A stretch of 64,000 nucleotides of DNA from Thermoplasmata archaeon (lineage in GTDB: Archaea; Thermoplasmatota; Thermoplasmata; Lutacidiplasmatales; UBA184). This document shows positions 26,152 through 36,000 of this stretch, one piece after another. Position numbers and translations under genes: made by a program. The notes under the pieces were generated by a model that saw nothing but the letters and a program-made list of their open reading frames with translations, was not told the origin of the DNA and did no database searches. The stretch spans positions 1 through 64,000 of the forward strand of contig JAGWLG010000001.1 of assembly GCA_028864975.1 (NCBI GenBank), in the 5' to 3' direction. Numbering within the stretch: position 1 is the first letter of the stretch; each line of letters begins with the position of its first letter.

Positions 26152-28300
26152 ATCTTACGGTCTTCGCGAACCAGTCCTTCCACTCCTGAAGGACCTGGTC
26201 GTAGGACAGGGTGTGGTCGTGCACCTGGTCCTTGTGACGCTCCATGATCTCCCAGAAGGCAGCGTTCGTCGCGCCGACCCACGGGGCCGTCAGGAGGTCC
26301 AAGCGGCCGCTCGCCTCCGCGTACTTCACGATGTGCTCCTTGTAGGCGGCACGGGTCCGGATGTTCTCGATCGCCTCGGGGTAGGTCATGCCCCAAGCCT
26401 CTGCGATGGTGGAGATCCTCATCGAGCCCTGCCCGACCCGCGGGGTCTCGAGGAGCGCGTCATTCGCCTCATCGTAGGTGAGCAGGTCCTCGAAGGTCCC
26501 GGGGTCCGGAGCGTTCTTGTCGAGCTCCGAGAGCTGAACGAGTCGACGCCGCTGGGCCCGAATCGACCCCCCCGGGCTCGTCAGTCCCGAGATCGCCACG
26601 ATGTCTGTCGCGTTGAACGAGGTCGGAGAGATCCCAAGGTCGTGGACCACACGTTCGTAGACGGCGTGCGCGCTGTTCCCGTGGATCGTTCCCAGGACCG
26701 CGCTCCCGGCGGTCCCCGCCCGCATGGCCTCGTAGAGCGTCCGGGCCTCTTGGCCACGGACCTCCCCCAGCACGATCGCGCTCTCCCCCAGACGCAGAGA
26801 GACCTTGAGCGCGTCATCCGTGGTCATCTCCCCGGCTTGTCCGCCGAGCGCGCTACGGACGAAGATCGTCTGCACCTTGTAGCCGAGCTGGCGCATCTCC
26901 AGGCTCGGCAGCTCGAGCGTATCCTCGATCGTCAGGATCCTCTGGGTCTTCGGGAACTCCAGCATCAAGGCCCCCACCAGCGAGGTCTTTCCCGCGCTTC
27001 GTGCCCCCGAGACCAGGATGGTGCTACGCCCGTCCACCAGGAACGAGAGGAGCCCAGCCGCGAAAGAAGAGATCGAACGGAAGTAGAGGAACTTGAGCAG
27101 CGTCCAGGGGTCGGTCGCGTGCCGCCGCAGGGCGATCGCGATGCCGTCGGGAGACAGGGGACGGCCGATGACCGAAGCCCGCGTGTTGTACTCCTTGATG
27201 TCCGTCTCGAGGACGGGCATCGCCTCGGAGAAGGGTCGACCGCTCTCGATGCGGAACCGTGAGAGGATGGCCTCGGTCTCCTCGTCCGTGACGATGATGT
27301 TGGTGAGCGCCTTGTCGCCGACCCGCTCGTCGGGATAGCCCGCGATGCGCAGGTGCACCCGGTTCTCGGAGGCCGGGGCGTCCACGTAGACGTCCTGGAT
27401 GTGCGGGTCCTCGAGCAGGAGCTCGATCACGCCCAACCCTGCGACGTGCCTGGCCAGGATCTCGGAGAGCTCCTTGAGCCGGGCGGAAGCGGCCGCAGTC
27501 GTCGGGCCCAGAGAAATGCCGCGTTCCTTCGCGATGCGGTGCATGAGCCGCTCGGAGAGGTCCTGGACGTACTGGCGGGTCTGGCCCAGGAAGGTCAGCT
27601 TGAACTGCTTAGGGTACCAGTGCACCAGCTCTTCGCGGGTCCACTGGATGAGCTGGACGTACTGGGGCGGGACGCGATAGTCCGCGAGGTCAAGGTGATA
27701 GAGGATGTCCACCTCGTTCGGGATGCGGTAGAGCAGGACGCGGCTCCTCCCCAGAGGGTATTGGAAGAGCAGCTCCCCATTCTCAGGAACGGCGGGTGTG
27801 ACCCAGCAACCGGAGAAACCAGGACGGGTCAGCATCCCGCGACCGAGGATGCGCCCGGCACCTCGGACCATGTCGTCCACGGGCAGCCGGTCCATGGTAT
27901 GGAGGACCTTTCCCACCGAAGTGGGTCCCACGCTCTCCGCGGTCGGGCGACGGTAGCGCTGGGCCATCGAGGGCATCGGTGGAGGCCGGTAGACCGCGGC
28001 CGTCGGGGCCGAGGCGGAACGGGGCGAAGGGGCGCGCGGTGCGGGGCCGGAGGGTCCTCGTGAGCTTGCTGGAGGCGCCGCCGTACTGGGGCCCACGGGT
28101 GGAGGAGGCATCGGGGCGATCTCATCCTTCGAACGCTCGCTCGCCGCGGCAGAAGCGACCGTCGATGGCCGCCCGCCTGAGGATGCCCTTCCCAACGGCA
28201 CGGGAGTGCCGCAGCTCCCGCAGAATCGGGTCTTCCCGGAAAGTGGCGCTCCGCAGTTCGTGCAATTCCCCAGTGCCGAGGAGGTGGACTGAGCCGCCAT
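26144..28300 (-). CDS. Type II/IV secretion ATPase (TadA/VirB11/CpaF family) with N-terminal Zn ribbon
   Basis: Walker A SGARSAGKT, ILTIEDTLEL, Walker B IVLGEVRGQEA, GTIHGNSA; N-terminal CTNCG...FCGSCG. Confidence 0.93.
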   Translation of the reverse strand: MAAQSTSSALGNCTNCGAPLSGKTRFCGSCGTPVPLGRASSGGRPSTVASAAASERSKDEIAPMPPPPVGPSTAAPPASSRGPSGPAPRAPSPRSASAPTAAVYRPPPMPSMAQRYRRPTAESVGPTSVGKVLHTMDRLPVDDMVRGAGRILGRGMLTRPGFSGCWVTPAVPENGELLFQYPLGRSRVLLYRIPNEVDILYHLDLADYRVPPQYVQLIQWTREELVHWYPKQFKLTFLGQTRQYVQDLSERLMHRIAKERGISLGPTTAAASARLKELSEILARHVAGLGVIELLLEDPHIQDVYVDAPASENRVHLRIAGYPDERVGDKALTNIIVTDEETEAILSRFRIESGRPFSEAMPVLETDIKEYNTRASVIGRPLSPDGIAIALRRHATDPWTLLKFLYFRSISSFAAGLLSFLVDGRSTILVSGARSAGKTSLVGALMLEFPKTQRILTIEDTLELPSLEMRQLGYKVQTIFVRSALGGQAGEMTTDDALKVSLRLGESAIVLGEVRGQEARTLYEAMRAGTAGSAVLGTIHGNSAHAVYERVVHDLGISPTSFNATDIVAISGLTSPGGSIRAQRRRLVQLSELDKNAPDPGTFEDLLTYDEANDALLETPRVGQGSMRISTIAEAWGMTYPEAIENIRTRAAYKEHIVKYAEASGRLDLLTAPWVGATNAAFWEIMERHKDQVHDHTLSYDQVLQEWKDWFAKTVRYG

Positions 28301-29152
28301 CTATGCGCTCCCTCGTCCGGAGGCCCGAGGTTGGGGGGGAGCGGACGGTGCGGCCGGGGCCTTTCCCAGGGCCGCCCCCGGCCCCGTCGCCTCCCCAGCA
28401 CCTCGGCTTCGGACGAAACCATCCAGTTCGACCAGTTGGTCGGCCAAGTACTCCAGGTCGGACAGGGTGTAGCCCAGGCATCTCGAGCACCCCTCGTCCG
28501 GGGGCCCTTGGGAGAGGACCTGCGCCCGTTGACGAAGATCGAGCGCGAAGGCGCGCAGGTCGGTCAGGAGGAGGTTCTTGAGGCTGGGGAAGATGTTGCG
28601 TGGGTTGTAGGCGCAGTGGCCGCAGTCCAGTCGACGAAGATGCCGCTGGATGTTGGCCCGCTGAGCGCGGGCGTTACGGGCGAGCTCCGCCGCGACCGGA
28701 GGGGTAAGGTTCTGCGGGTTCCCTTCGGAGGTGAGCAGGGGGCCGGGGAGGGCGCCGGGCGTCGTCGCGACCTTCTCGAGGTCGGCGACCACCTCATCGA
28801 CCTGGCTGTCCGGGAAGACGATGCCCGCGCTGAAGGGCATCGGTTGCCGCCCGGCAAGCTGGTCGAGCAGCTTGGAGAAGGTGACCAGTCGCTTCAGCAA
28901 CTCCACGGCCTGCCCGCCGTACTGCCTCTGTGTGATCCCGGTGAAGGTGATCAGGTCCGCGAAGGACTCCCCTGAGAGGATCTTCAGGACCACCGCGAGG
29001 CACTGGGGGTTCAGGATCCCCTCGGGTCCCTGGCAAGCGGAGCAGCGAACCACGAGGTTGAGGGCTCGACCCTCCGTGCGGAGCTCATACTCGTACTCCG
29101 GTAGGTTGGCCAGGGGGTTCGCGACCTGTGCGGCGACTCGGGGTGGTATCAT
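28301..29152 (-). CDS. Cys-containing hypothetical protein, possible detached ATPase N-domain
   Basis: CSACQG...QCL, CGHC, CSRC; its TAG abuts the ATPase ATG in frame. Confidence 0.75.
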   Translation of the reverse strand: MIPPRVAAQVANPLANLPEYEYELRTEGRALNLVVRCSACQGPEGILNPQCLAVVLKILSGESFADLITFTGITQRQYGGQAVELLKRLVTFSKLLDQLAGRQPMPFSAGIVFPDSQVDEVVADLEKVATTPGALPGPLLTSEGNPQNLTPPVAAELARNARAQRANIQRHLRRLDCGHCAYNPRNIFPSLKNLLLTDLRAFALDLRQRAQVLSQGPPDEGCSRCLGYTLSDLEYLADQLVELDGFVRSRGAGEATGPGAALGKAPAAPSAPPQPRASGRGSA

Positions 29153-29185
29153 GGTCTTAGCTTCACGTGGCCGGTCGGGGGATCC

Positions 29186-31039
29186 TCACGGACCTCCCGC
29201 GCCTCCTGGGGGTGGCATCGGGGCAGAGGGATAGGTAGCGGCCGGAGCGACGGCCGAAGGACCTCGCTCGCTCTTGGGGGCGGTTCCCTTCCGGTGGAAG
29301 AGGTAGAACACGACGAGCCCGCCGGCGAGCAGGACCACCGCTAGGACCTCGAGGGGAACGAAGGGGTCTTGGACCGCGGGGGCCGAGGCGGTCGTTCGAG
29401 CGACGGGGCTCGAGGTCGCGCTGGTCGCCCCGCCGTACGCGGCGACGGTCAACGTCACCGTGTAGTTGGTGGAGAAGCTCAACCCTCCAATCGTGTAGCT
29501 TGTGCTCCCCAAGGCGAGAGCGATCGGTGCTGGAACACTGCCCGTGGTGGAGCTACCCGGGGTCAGGGACACGCTGAGGACCATGGACGTGAGCGGGGGG
29601 TAATTGGGCTCGTACCAGGACACGGCGAGCTTGGCGCTGCCCTCTCCGGGCGAGGGGGTCACTGGGGTCACGACCACCAGCGGTGCAGCGGGCGTAGGGA
29701 CGCCACCGTCCGTCGCCAACGTGAACTCATCGCCGCTCGAAGCGATGTGACCGCTCCCGATCGCGACGGTCGCCCGCCAATAGGACAGAGCGAGATCGTT
29801 GATGGTCCCGATCGTCGTCATCGCTCGGTAGTACGCGGAGGATGACTGGGCCATTCCCGGGTAGAGGTAGAACAGGTCAACGTTGTTCAGGAACGAGACC
29901 CCGAAGTAGTTGGGAATGTAGCGAGCCATGCTTCCGTTCCCCACAGAAGAAGCGAACGTGGCCTTCCATGTCGCCGAGGCCCAGTTGTTGCTGGACCAGT
30001 TGAAGTACTCCACATGGGTCCCCCCGGCGCATAGGACCTGTTTGCCATTGTACGACAGCGAGACCTGGGTACACGTCGGAGCGATCGTGTTCGGGATCGT
30101 GGTCTGATTCTGGGTGAGCGAGTCCGGGTCCGCGGGGAAGACCCCGGAGGTGGTCACCGCGAACATGATGGTACCATCGGGAGAGATGACCCCTTGGGTG
30201 AGCCGCCCCGCCCCTGCCCCGGTCGTGGGGGAGTACTGACCGATGTATCCGTTCACCGCCATCGAGAGGAGTACGGGATTGGCGTCGCTGATCATCCCGG
30301 CCGCCACGACCCGGGTCCCGTCGGAGTCGATCGACAGGTCCACGGGGACCGTGTTCGAGCTGTTCTTCATGTACTTCCACTGAAGGATCGAGCCCGAGGT
30401 CTGGAAGTAGTTCACATCGAACCCCTGCAACCCGCTCATGGCGTAGGTCGTCAACACCGCGGCGACGGAGCCGGTGTCCGATGCGACGACCTGGCGGACC
30501 CAGAAGAAGGAGTTCGGGGTCGGGACGTCCCTCCAAGCGGGGTTACCGGAGAACATCCCCGACGTCGAAACGTTCCAGGCCTCGGCAGCCGTCTTCACCG
30601 GACCGGCTACCGTCGTGGTCGGAGCAAAGCTCACGAAGAGCAAGGGCGTCCCCGTCGAGGCAGCCGTGTCCGTCAGAGCGATGGACGTGGCGTTCGTGTT
30701 CGCGGGAAGCTGCAGGGTGCCGATCGGGGTCAAGGGCCCCGCGCTCGCAGAGGAGAACACGAAGACCTCCCGGTCGTCCGAGGCGGCCGCGACATAGCTT
30801 CCATCCGGAGAGACGGCCACCTGGGTGATGTCCGAGTTGTCGCCCGTGGTGTAGTTCAGCCAGGAGTTCACCGCGCCCGTCGCCGATCGAACGTAGGGGT
30901 GGTGGAGCGCCGATCCGGTCGGCGCCGCCCCGACCGAAGGGACCGAGAAGAGAAGTCCTGCCAGAACGAGCAGGGCCCAGGCGCGTGCGGGCACGTTCGT
31001 CGATCGGCGCAGCATCCCTCGAACCACACCTGCTTTCAC
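29186..31039 (-). CDS. Surface beta-propeller (WD40/YVTN-like) plus FN3-like domain, TM-anchored
   Basis: Signal peptide; repeats VAVSPDGSYVAAAS, LSIDSDG, ISPDGT, LSYNGK; FN3-like YTIGGLSFSTNYTVTLTV; C-terminal TM. Confidence 0.8.
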   Translation of the reverse strand: MKAGVVRGMLRRSTNVPARAWALLVLAGLLFSVPSVGAAPTGSALHHPYVRSATGAVNSWLNYTTGDNSDITQVAVSPDGSYVAAASDDREVFVFSSASAGPLTPIGTLQLPANTNATSIALTDTAASTGTPLLFVSFAPTTTVAGPVKTAAEAWNVSTSGMFSGNPAWRDVPTPNSFFWVRQVVASDTGSVAAVLTTYAMSGLQGFDVNYFQTSGSILQWKYMKNSSNTVPVDLSIDSDGTRVVAAGMISDANPVLLSMAVNGYIGQYSPTTGAGAGRLTQGVISPDGTIMFAVTTSGVFPADPDSLTQNQTTIPNTIAPTCTQVSLSYNGKQVLCAGGTHVEYFNWSSNNWASATWKATFASSVGNGSMARYIPNYFGVSFLNNVDLFYLYPGMAQSSSAYYRAMTTIGTINDLALSYWRATVAIGSGHIASSGDEFTLATDGGVPTPAAPLVVVTPVTPSPGEGSAKLAVSWYEPNYPPLTSMVLSVSLTPGSSTTGSVPAPIALALGSTSYTIGGLSFSTNYTVTLTVAAYGGATSATSSPVARTTASAPAVQDPFVPLEVLAVVLLAGGLVVFYLFHRKGTAPKSERGPSAVAPAATYPSAPMPPPGGAGGP

Positions 31040-31041
31040 GT

Positions 31042-31701
31042 CTAGGGCCCCCAGAAAGCCATCTGCACCTGGACCGGTCCTTCGCCGAATTGGTCGGGCT
31101 GAAGCACCGTGGACCAGGTGTACACGGTCGTGCTAGGATAGGCAGGATAAGAACCATCGTACTCGCGCATCGGCGTCGGTCCTGAGAAGCAACCCGGGCC
31201 TGCGCCGTTCGCGGTCCCGTTGAACTGCAGATAGTAGTTCCAGTACGTCGTCGGTGACGTAGGAGGCATCGCCCCCGAGGCGACCTCGTGCGCGGTCAGG
31301 TCGATGTAGTACCCCATCCAGGGATAGTGGTCCATCGACGTGTTCGTGGCCACCCCGCAGCTCACCAGGTACACTTCCCACAGGATCAGATCGGAGACCG
31401 TCCAGTCCCGGACATACGTGGGTGCCCAGTAGCAGTAGAAGGGATTGCAGAACCATCCCCACGTCTTGGCGTGCCAGACGGTCGCCTGCATCGTCGTCGC
31501 GAGTCCTTCGGAAGCGTAGCGGGAGGAATTGACGTTCTCCGCGACCGTCGAGGTCGGGAGCGAGACGACGGAGTCCAGGAAGAGCAGGGCCACGAGAAGC
31601 AGAGGGACAAAGAGCACGATGTCGAAGACCGCGACCTCGGCGCGCTCTCCTCGGGCGACCCTGCGCCATCTTGTGGCCTGAGGAGGAGAGTTCGGCCTCA
31701 C
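31042..31701 (-). CDS. Type IV pilin-like protein
   Basis: GTG start overlapping the upstream stop (GTGA); leader MRPNSPPQATRWRRVARGERA|EVAVFDIVLFVPLLLVALLFL. Confidence 0.75.
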   Translation of the reverse strand: MRPNSPPQATRWRRVARGERAEVAVFDIVLFVPLLLVALLFLDSVVSLPTSTVAENVNSSRYASEGLATTMQATVWHAKTWGWFCNPFYCYWAPTYVRDWTVSDLILWEVYLVSCGVATNTSMDHYPWMGYYIDLTAHEVASGAMPPTSPTTYWNYYLQFNGTANGAGPGCFSGPTPMREYDGSYPAYPSTTVYTWSTVLQPDQFGEGPVQVQMAFWGP

Positions 31702-32192
31702 GACCAGATCACCACCGTGAGAGACGCAGCATGGAACTCGTCGTCGCCGAAATTGAACACCCAGAGGTCGACCGGCGTGCTGTCGCTGACCCACCCATGC
31801 TGGAGGCCGCTCGTGTCCTTGGGGAAGGTCCCCGTCGCCCAGTTCTGGTTGTAGTGGAGCGGGTAGACCGACGTGTCGGTCACGGTGACGCTGTACTGGA
31901 ACGAGGGGTGGAAATCGTACGTGAGATTGTTGACGGTCAAGGCCTCCATCGCATAGACATCGAAGATCCCGTTCTGGCCGAGGTAGGTCAGGTTCGAGTA
32001 ACCGAGCAGACCCTCGAGGAAGGTCTGAGCTTCCTGAGCGAACTGACTGCTCTGCTGTCGATTCGTGTAGTTCGAGAGCGCGACGAGGATCCCGCTGAAG
32101 AAGAGCAGCAAGGAGATGATGGCCACGGTCGCGGCGGGGATCTCCTCGAAGAAACCTGCGACGCCCCGTCTTCCTCGGCGGAAGTTCGGCAT
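31698..32192 (-). CDS. Type IV pilin-like protein
   Basis: MPNFRRGRRG|VAGFFEEIPAATVAIISLLLFFSGILVAL; first gene of the leftward operon. Confidence 0.82.
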   Translation of the reverse strand: MPNFRRGRRGVAGFFEEIPAATVAIISLLLFFSGILVALSNYTNRQQSSQFAQEAQTFLEGLLGYSNLTYLGQNGIFDVYAMEALTVNNLTYDFHPSFQYSVTVTDTSVYPLHYNQNWATGTFPKDTSGLQHGWVSDSTPVDLWVFNFGDDEFHAASLTVVIWS

Positions 32193-32400
32193 GTCAAACC
32201 CCGCCACGGGGGGGGTCTCATATAAGCGTGCCCAAATTGAAACGCCACGAAGGCACGAGCTGACTTCTGCGGGGGCTTCCCCGACCTGCGAACGCGCGGG
32301 GCGACCGCGTTGGCTCCGCTCCTCGTCCAGGAATCGCTCCCCGTAGCCCGTCGAGTTCCTCCGTGAGGAAGCCTTTATACTTGTCAAAGTTTGACACGGG
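32192..32400. promoter_or_regulatory. Divergent promoter region of the pilus locus with operator-like palindrome
   Basis: Minus-strand TATA CTTATATG (~32219-32226); plus-strand TATA TTTATAC (32374-32380); TGTCAAA-G-TTTGACA (32382-32396); half-site TGTCAAAC (32192-32199). Confidence 0.65.
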
Positions 32401-32418
32401 CGTCCCGAGGGACTGCAA

Positions 32419-32988
32419 ATGCTGGGAACCCGAAGACTGCGGAATCGCCGTGGCGCATTGGAAGGACTACCGCTCTATCTGATCATCCTGATCGTCGTGG
32501 CAGCGATCGTGGTGGCCATCCTCGTGGGGTGGCTCTCGACGCTCAAGCACCCCGCGGTGGGGAATGTCACGTACAACGTCAGTGGAAGCGGGGCCCAGGC
32601 GCTCAGTCAGGCGGGGGCCACGTGCAACACCGCGTCGGACACGGCGTGCTTCAACCCTCAGCCTAACGGGGGTTGCACGTTCACCATCAACCCGTTGCCT
32701 CCAGGGAACGTCGCGGGGATCACGATCAACGTCGCGGACAAGGGGGGCGGATCCCTAAGCGGCGCTTCGGTGCAGCTGAGCGGTCAGACCATCTCGGTCT
32801 CGGCCTCCCCCTCCGACACGGGGGTCACCGACAGCAGCGGGAACGTCGTGTTCAACGGCGTCACCGGTACCGTCCCTCCGAACGATGGGGCTGGCGGGTT
32901 CATCGTGATCGACGTGACCTACTCGTCGGGCGGGATTCAGACCCAGGGATCCGCTCAGATCCCCGTAGAGTCTCCCTCCAGCTGCTGA
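32419..32988 (+). CDS. Type IV pilin-like protein (major pilin candidate)
   Basis: MLGTRRLRNRRG|ALEGLPLYLIILIVVAAIVVAILVGW; own promoter; Cys pair in the globular domain. Confidence 0.85.
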   Translation: MLGTRRLRNRRGALEGLPLYLIILIVVAAIVVAILVGWLSTLKHPAVGNVTYNVSGSGAQALSQAGATCNTASDTACFNPQPNGGCTFTINPLPPGNVAGITINVADKGGGSLSGASVQLSGQTISVSASPSDTGVTDSSGNVVFNGVTGTVPPNDGAGGFIVIDVTYSSGGIQTQGSAQIPVESPSSC

Positions 32989-33016
32989 GGGGGTGGGGAG
33001 AGGGGCCCCGGGGACG

Positions 33017-36000
33017 ATGACCCGGGGCCTCTCCCAACCATTTCGAGGAAGGAGCGGTCGGCTCCCCTATTCGTTCGTTGGGATCGTTATCCTTGCCGCG
33101 ATGGTCATCCTCACGGCGTACTTCGAGATTGCCGTCACGTGGTCGAACAACGAGGGCGCGTTCAACGTCCCTGAGCAGCTGAACACGGCCTTCGCGCTGG
33201 CGCAGCGGAACATCCAGCAGGCTGCCTACCTCGCGCTCCTTCAAGGGGAGTCGCAGCTCCTGCTCCAGACCCCTAATCCTCCTATCGATCAACTGAACCA
33301 GACCCTGAGGGACGGATTCGCGTCGGCGTTGCAGTCGATGGGTTTCGTCTCCCTCTCCGGGGGACCAGCTCCGGGATTCCAGGACGGGTCAGTCCGCGTC
33401 TACGCCGAGTCTTGGGGCATCAACCTGACCTGGGACCAGGGACAAGTGTGGGACGCGGTTCCCTCGATCGCGCTCCGGTCCGGAAGCAACGACCCTAACC
33501 TCCCCCTCGCGCAGGTCCCCGACGCGGCCCGCCCGACCTCGCTCGCCCTCACGGAAGAACCCGTCTATCCCATGGCCATCGGCGAGGTGCTCCTCTTCGG
33601 TGTGGATGGCGCCTCCGGGGTCTCTGGAACGCAGATCGTACCCTTCACCGAGACCGTCCAGAGCGAGCTGGGGCTCCTCGAGGACAGCCGAGCTCAGTTC
33701 GCCGATGCCTCCTTCGGACCTTCGGGGGGGTTCGCCCACCTGGTCCAGTACTTGGCCACGACGCTGGGAGAAATGCGCGCGTTGGTGGGGTACGGCTCGG
33801 GGGGGTGGCTCGGACCGAACGATGCGACGTCGATCGCCAGCAGTGCTTGTGGTGGCGCGAGCACGCCGAGCATCCTCTCTTGCGACGACCTTCACAACGC
33901 CGTCTCTCTTGCCGAGTTGCTGGAGAGCCTGCAGTACTTCCGCAGCTACGACCCCAACGCCACCTATGCGCTTCTGAGCGGACTTCCCCCCGGACCCTAC
34001 CAGACGCTCCTGTCGAAGTTCGTCTCCGATGGCGTCGTGGATGGGGCCGCCCTCTTCCTCCTCCTCTATCAGCAGCCGGGTAGCGGAGGGACTACCCCCG
34101 GGGGGATCGCCTCCATCAGTTCGGGCGAGGGGCTCGCCTCCGCGGCGTACTCGTTCGTCGACCGGTTCAAGTTCGACCTCATCCAGCAGTTCTTCGGAGC
34201 TCAGGCGGTCGACCCGACGCTCACGGAGCCGGTCGTCGACTGGGCCCGGCTCACCTCCCAGGGACAGGCCTACGCCCAGGCTCGTCTGCTCCAATGGCTG
34301 TCCGACTACCAGAACTGGCTGGGGATCTCGGTCAACTCGGTCCCCGCCTTCGACGACACTTCCTACATCCCCGCCGAGTGGTGCGACGACAACGGGAACT
34401 GCGGAACAGGGGCTTACACCGGAGGCGGGGCGTGTCTCTACTCCATCCTGCCGGCCGGGTCCACGATCAACACCTACGGCGCGACGATCGCCAATCTGCG
34501 TCTGGAGATCCTCGGGCAGAACAACTTCGGCTTCACGCCCCAGATGTTCACGATCAACGAGGTCATCACGGTCCCCGCCGTGGGCATCTACCCTCAGTGG
34601 CAGGATGCGGACGTCGGTACTGGAGCGGGTGGCGGTGCGGGGTACAATCTGGTCGACTACTCCCTTCTCGGGGAGTACAACGGGGCCTCCGGCCTGTCGA
34701 ACCCGCTCCTGGGCATGACCCCGGGCCCTCAGGGCGACCCGTACATGCAGGCGCTCGCAGGTATCCTGGAGCAGCTCAACGCCTCCATGGACCACAAGTC
34801 ACCCGCGGCCACGGGAATCGGCCAGAAGGGATACTTGGACTGGCTCGCCTACAGCGCCGCTAAGGATGGGGGCAACTACTCCAGCTTCGCCTCCGCGGGC
34901 CTTCCAGACCTATCGAACCCCTTGGTCGTGAACCAGGTGGTCAACTCGACCTCCTACAGCCTGCTCACGAACGGAAGCTCGACCCTCCTTAATGGAGTGG
35001 ACGCGCTCGCCCTCCAAAAGCTCTCGACGCAAGCCACCAACGCCTCGTGGCTGAACACCTCTTGGGTCTGGGGCGCGGCCCATCCTGATCTGATGCCTGC
35101 GGATGCTCTGGGGAGCACGATACCCGGAGGTGGAGTTCCTCCCACACCCCCGTCCGACAATCCCAGCCCGGGCCCGGCCGACTGGTGGACGATCTTGGAC
35201 AGCGCGCGACTGACCGCGCGCGAGTGGTACCAGCTGATGTACAACCTCTACTGGGGTACCTCGGGCATCATCCCCGGCTCCCCGGTCGGGGCGATCGATT
35301 TTGGGGCCATGGACAACGCCCAGTTCACCCTCTGGAGCCAGGGGGTCTACCACCAGCCGCCATCTCCCGGTATCGAACCGGACTTCGCGATGTGGATCCA
35401 GAACGAGAGCTATATCTCGGTCTACAACTGGATGGGCTATAGCCAGCCGGGGTACGGCGAGGGAGAGTGCGACAGGTTCTCCTGCGCCAATCCTGCGACA
35501 CGGTACGTTGGGGCGGTGGCCACAGGTGCCTGTTCCAATGGGGCGTTCGGTACCCCCGGGTACGCGGCATGGCAGAACGCTCGGAGCTACTTCTTCTTCG
35601 AGGAAGGCACGGGTCAGCCGAGCCGGACCTGGAACAACGTCGGGGCGGCGGTGACCTGCGCGCTTCTGGGTCCGGCCGGTCACACGCTGGGTGGTGCGTC
35701 CTGTGCCGCGGCGCCGTACAGCACCACCGGTACTCCGAAGGGCATTGACTTCTTCCACTATGACACCGCGCCCGGCGTCGGGCTCACTTCCTCCTTCTGG
35801 AACACCAAGAACGCCACCGGCGATGGGTGGTGGGGATGCTGGAGCCCCACCGTGGGGCTCTGCCCGCGGGCAGGTCAGTACGACTACGGAAACGACTACG
35901 GCAACTTCACCAACTGGACGATCGACAAGATCGCGCCACCGTTGCTGAACGACACGCGGGAGATGGGCCAGGTGGGGGGCTGGCTCTCCCAGCTCTACGC

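Noticed and set aside
24028-28300. Archaellum motor (arlI/arlJ) call
   Set aside because: No archaellins, arlH/F/G or che genes, and the pilin N-termini do not match the archaellin GIGTLIIFIA-type pattern.
28298-28303. Pyrrolysine recoding of the in-frame TAG
   Set aside because: TAG is an ordinary stop for many genes here (e.g. nuoC, J, K, M, N), and no pyl genes are in the window.
31620-31701. Apparent frameshift in a pilin: out-of-frame MAQGRPRRARRG looks like a prepilin leader, and restoring a 5-nt AGGTC repeat would give RG|QVAVFD.
   Set aside because: An in-frame GTG at 31701 overlaps the upstream stop (GTGA) and gives an intact leader ending RA|EVAVFD, so no frameshift is needed.
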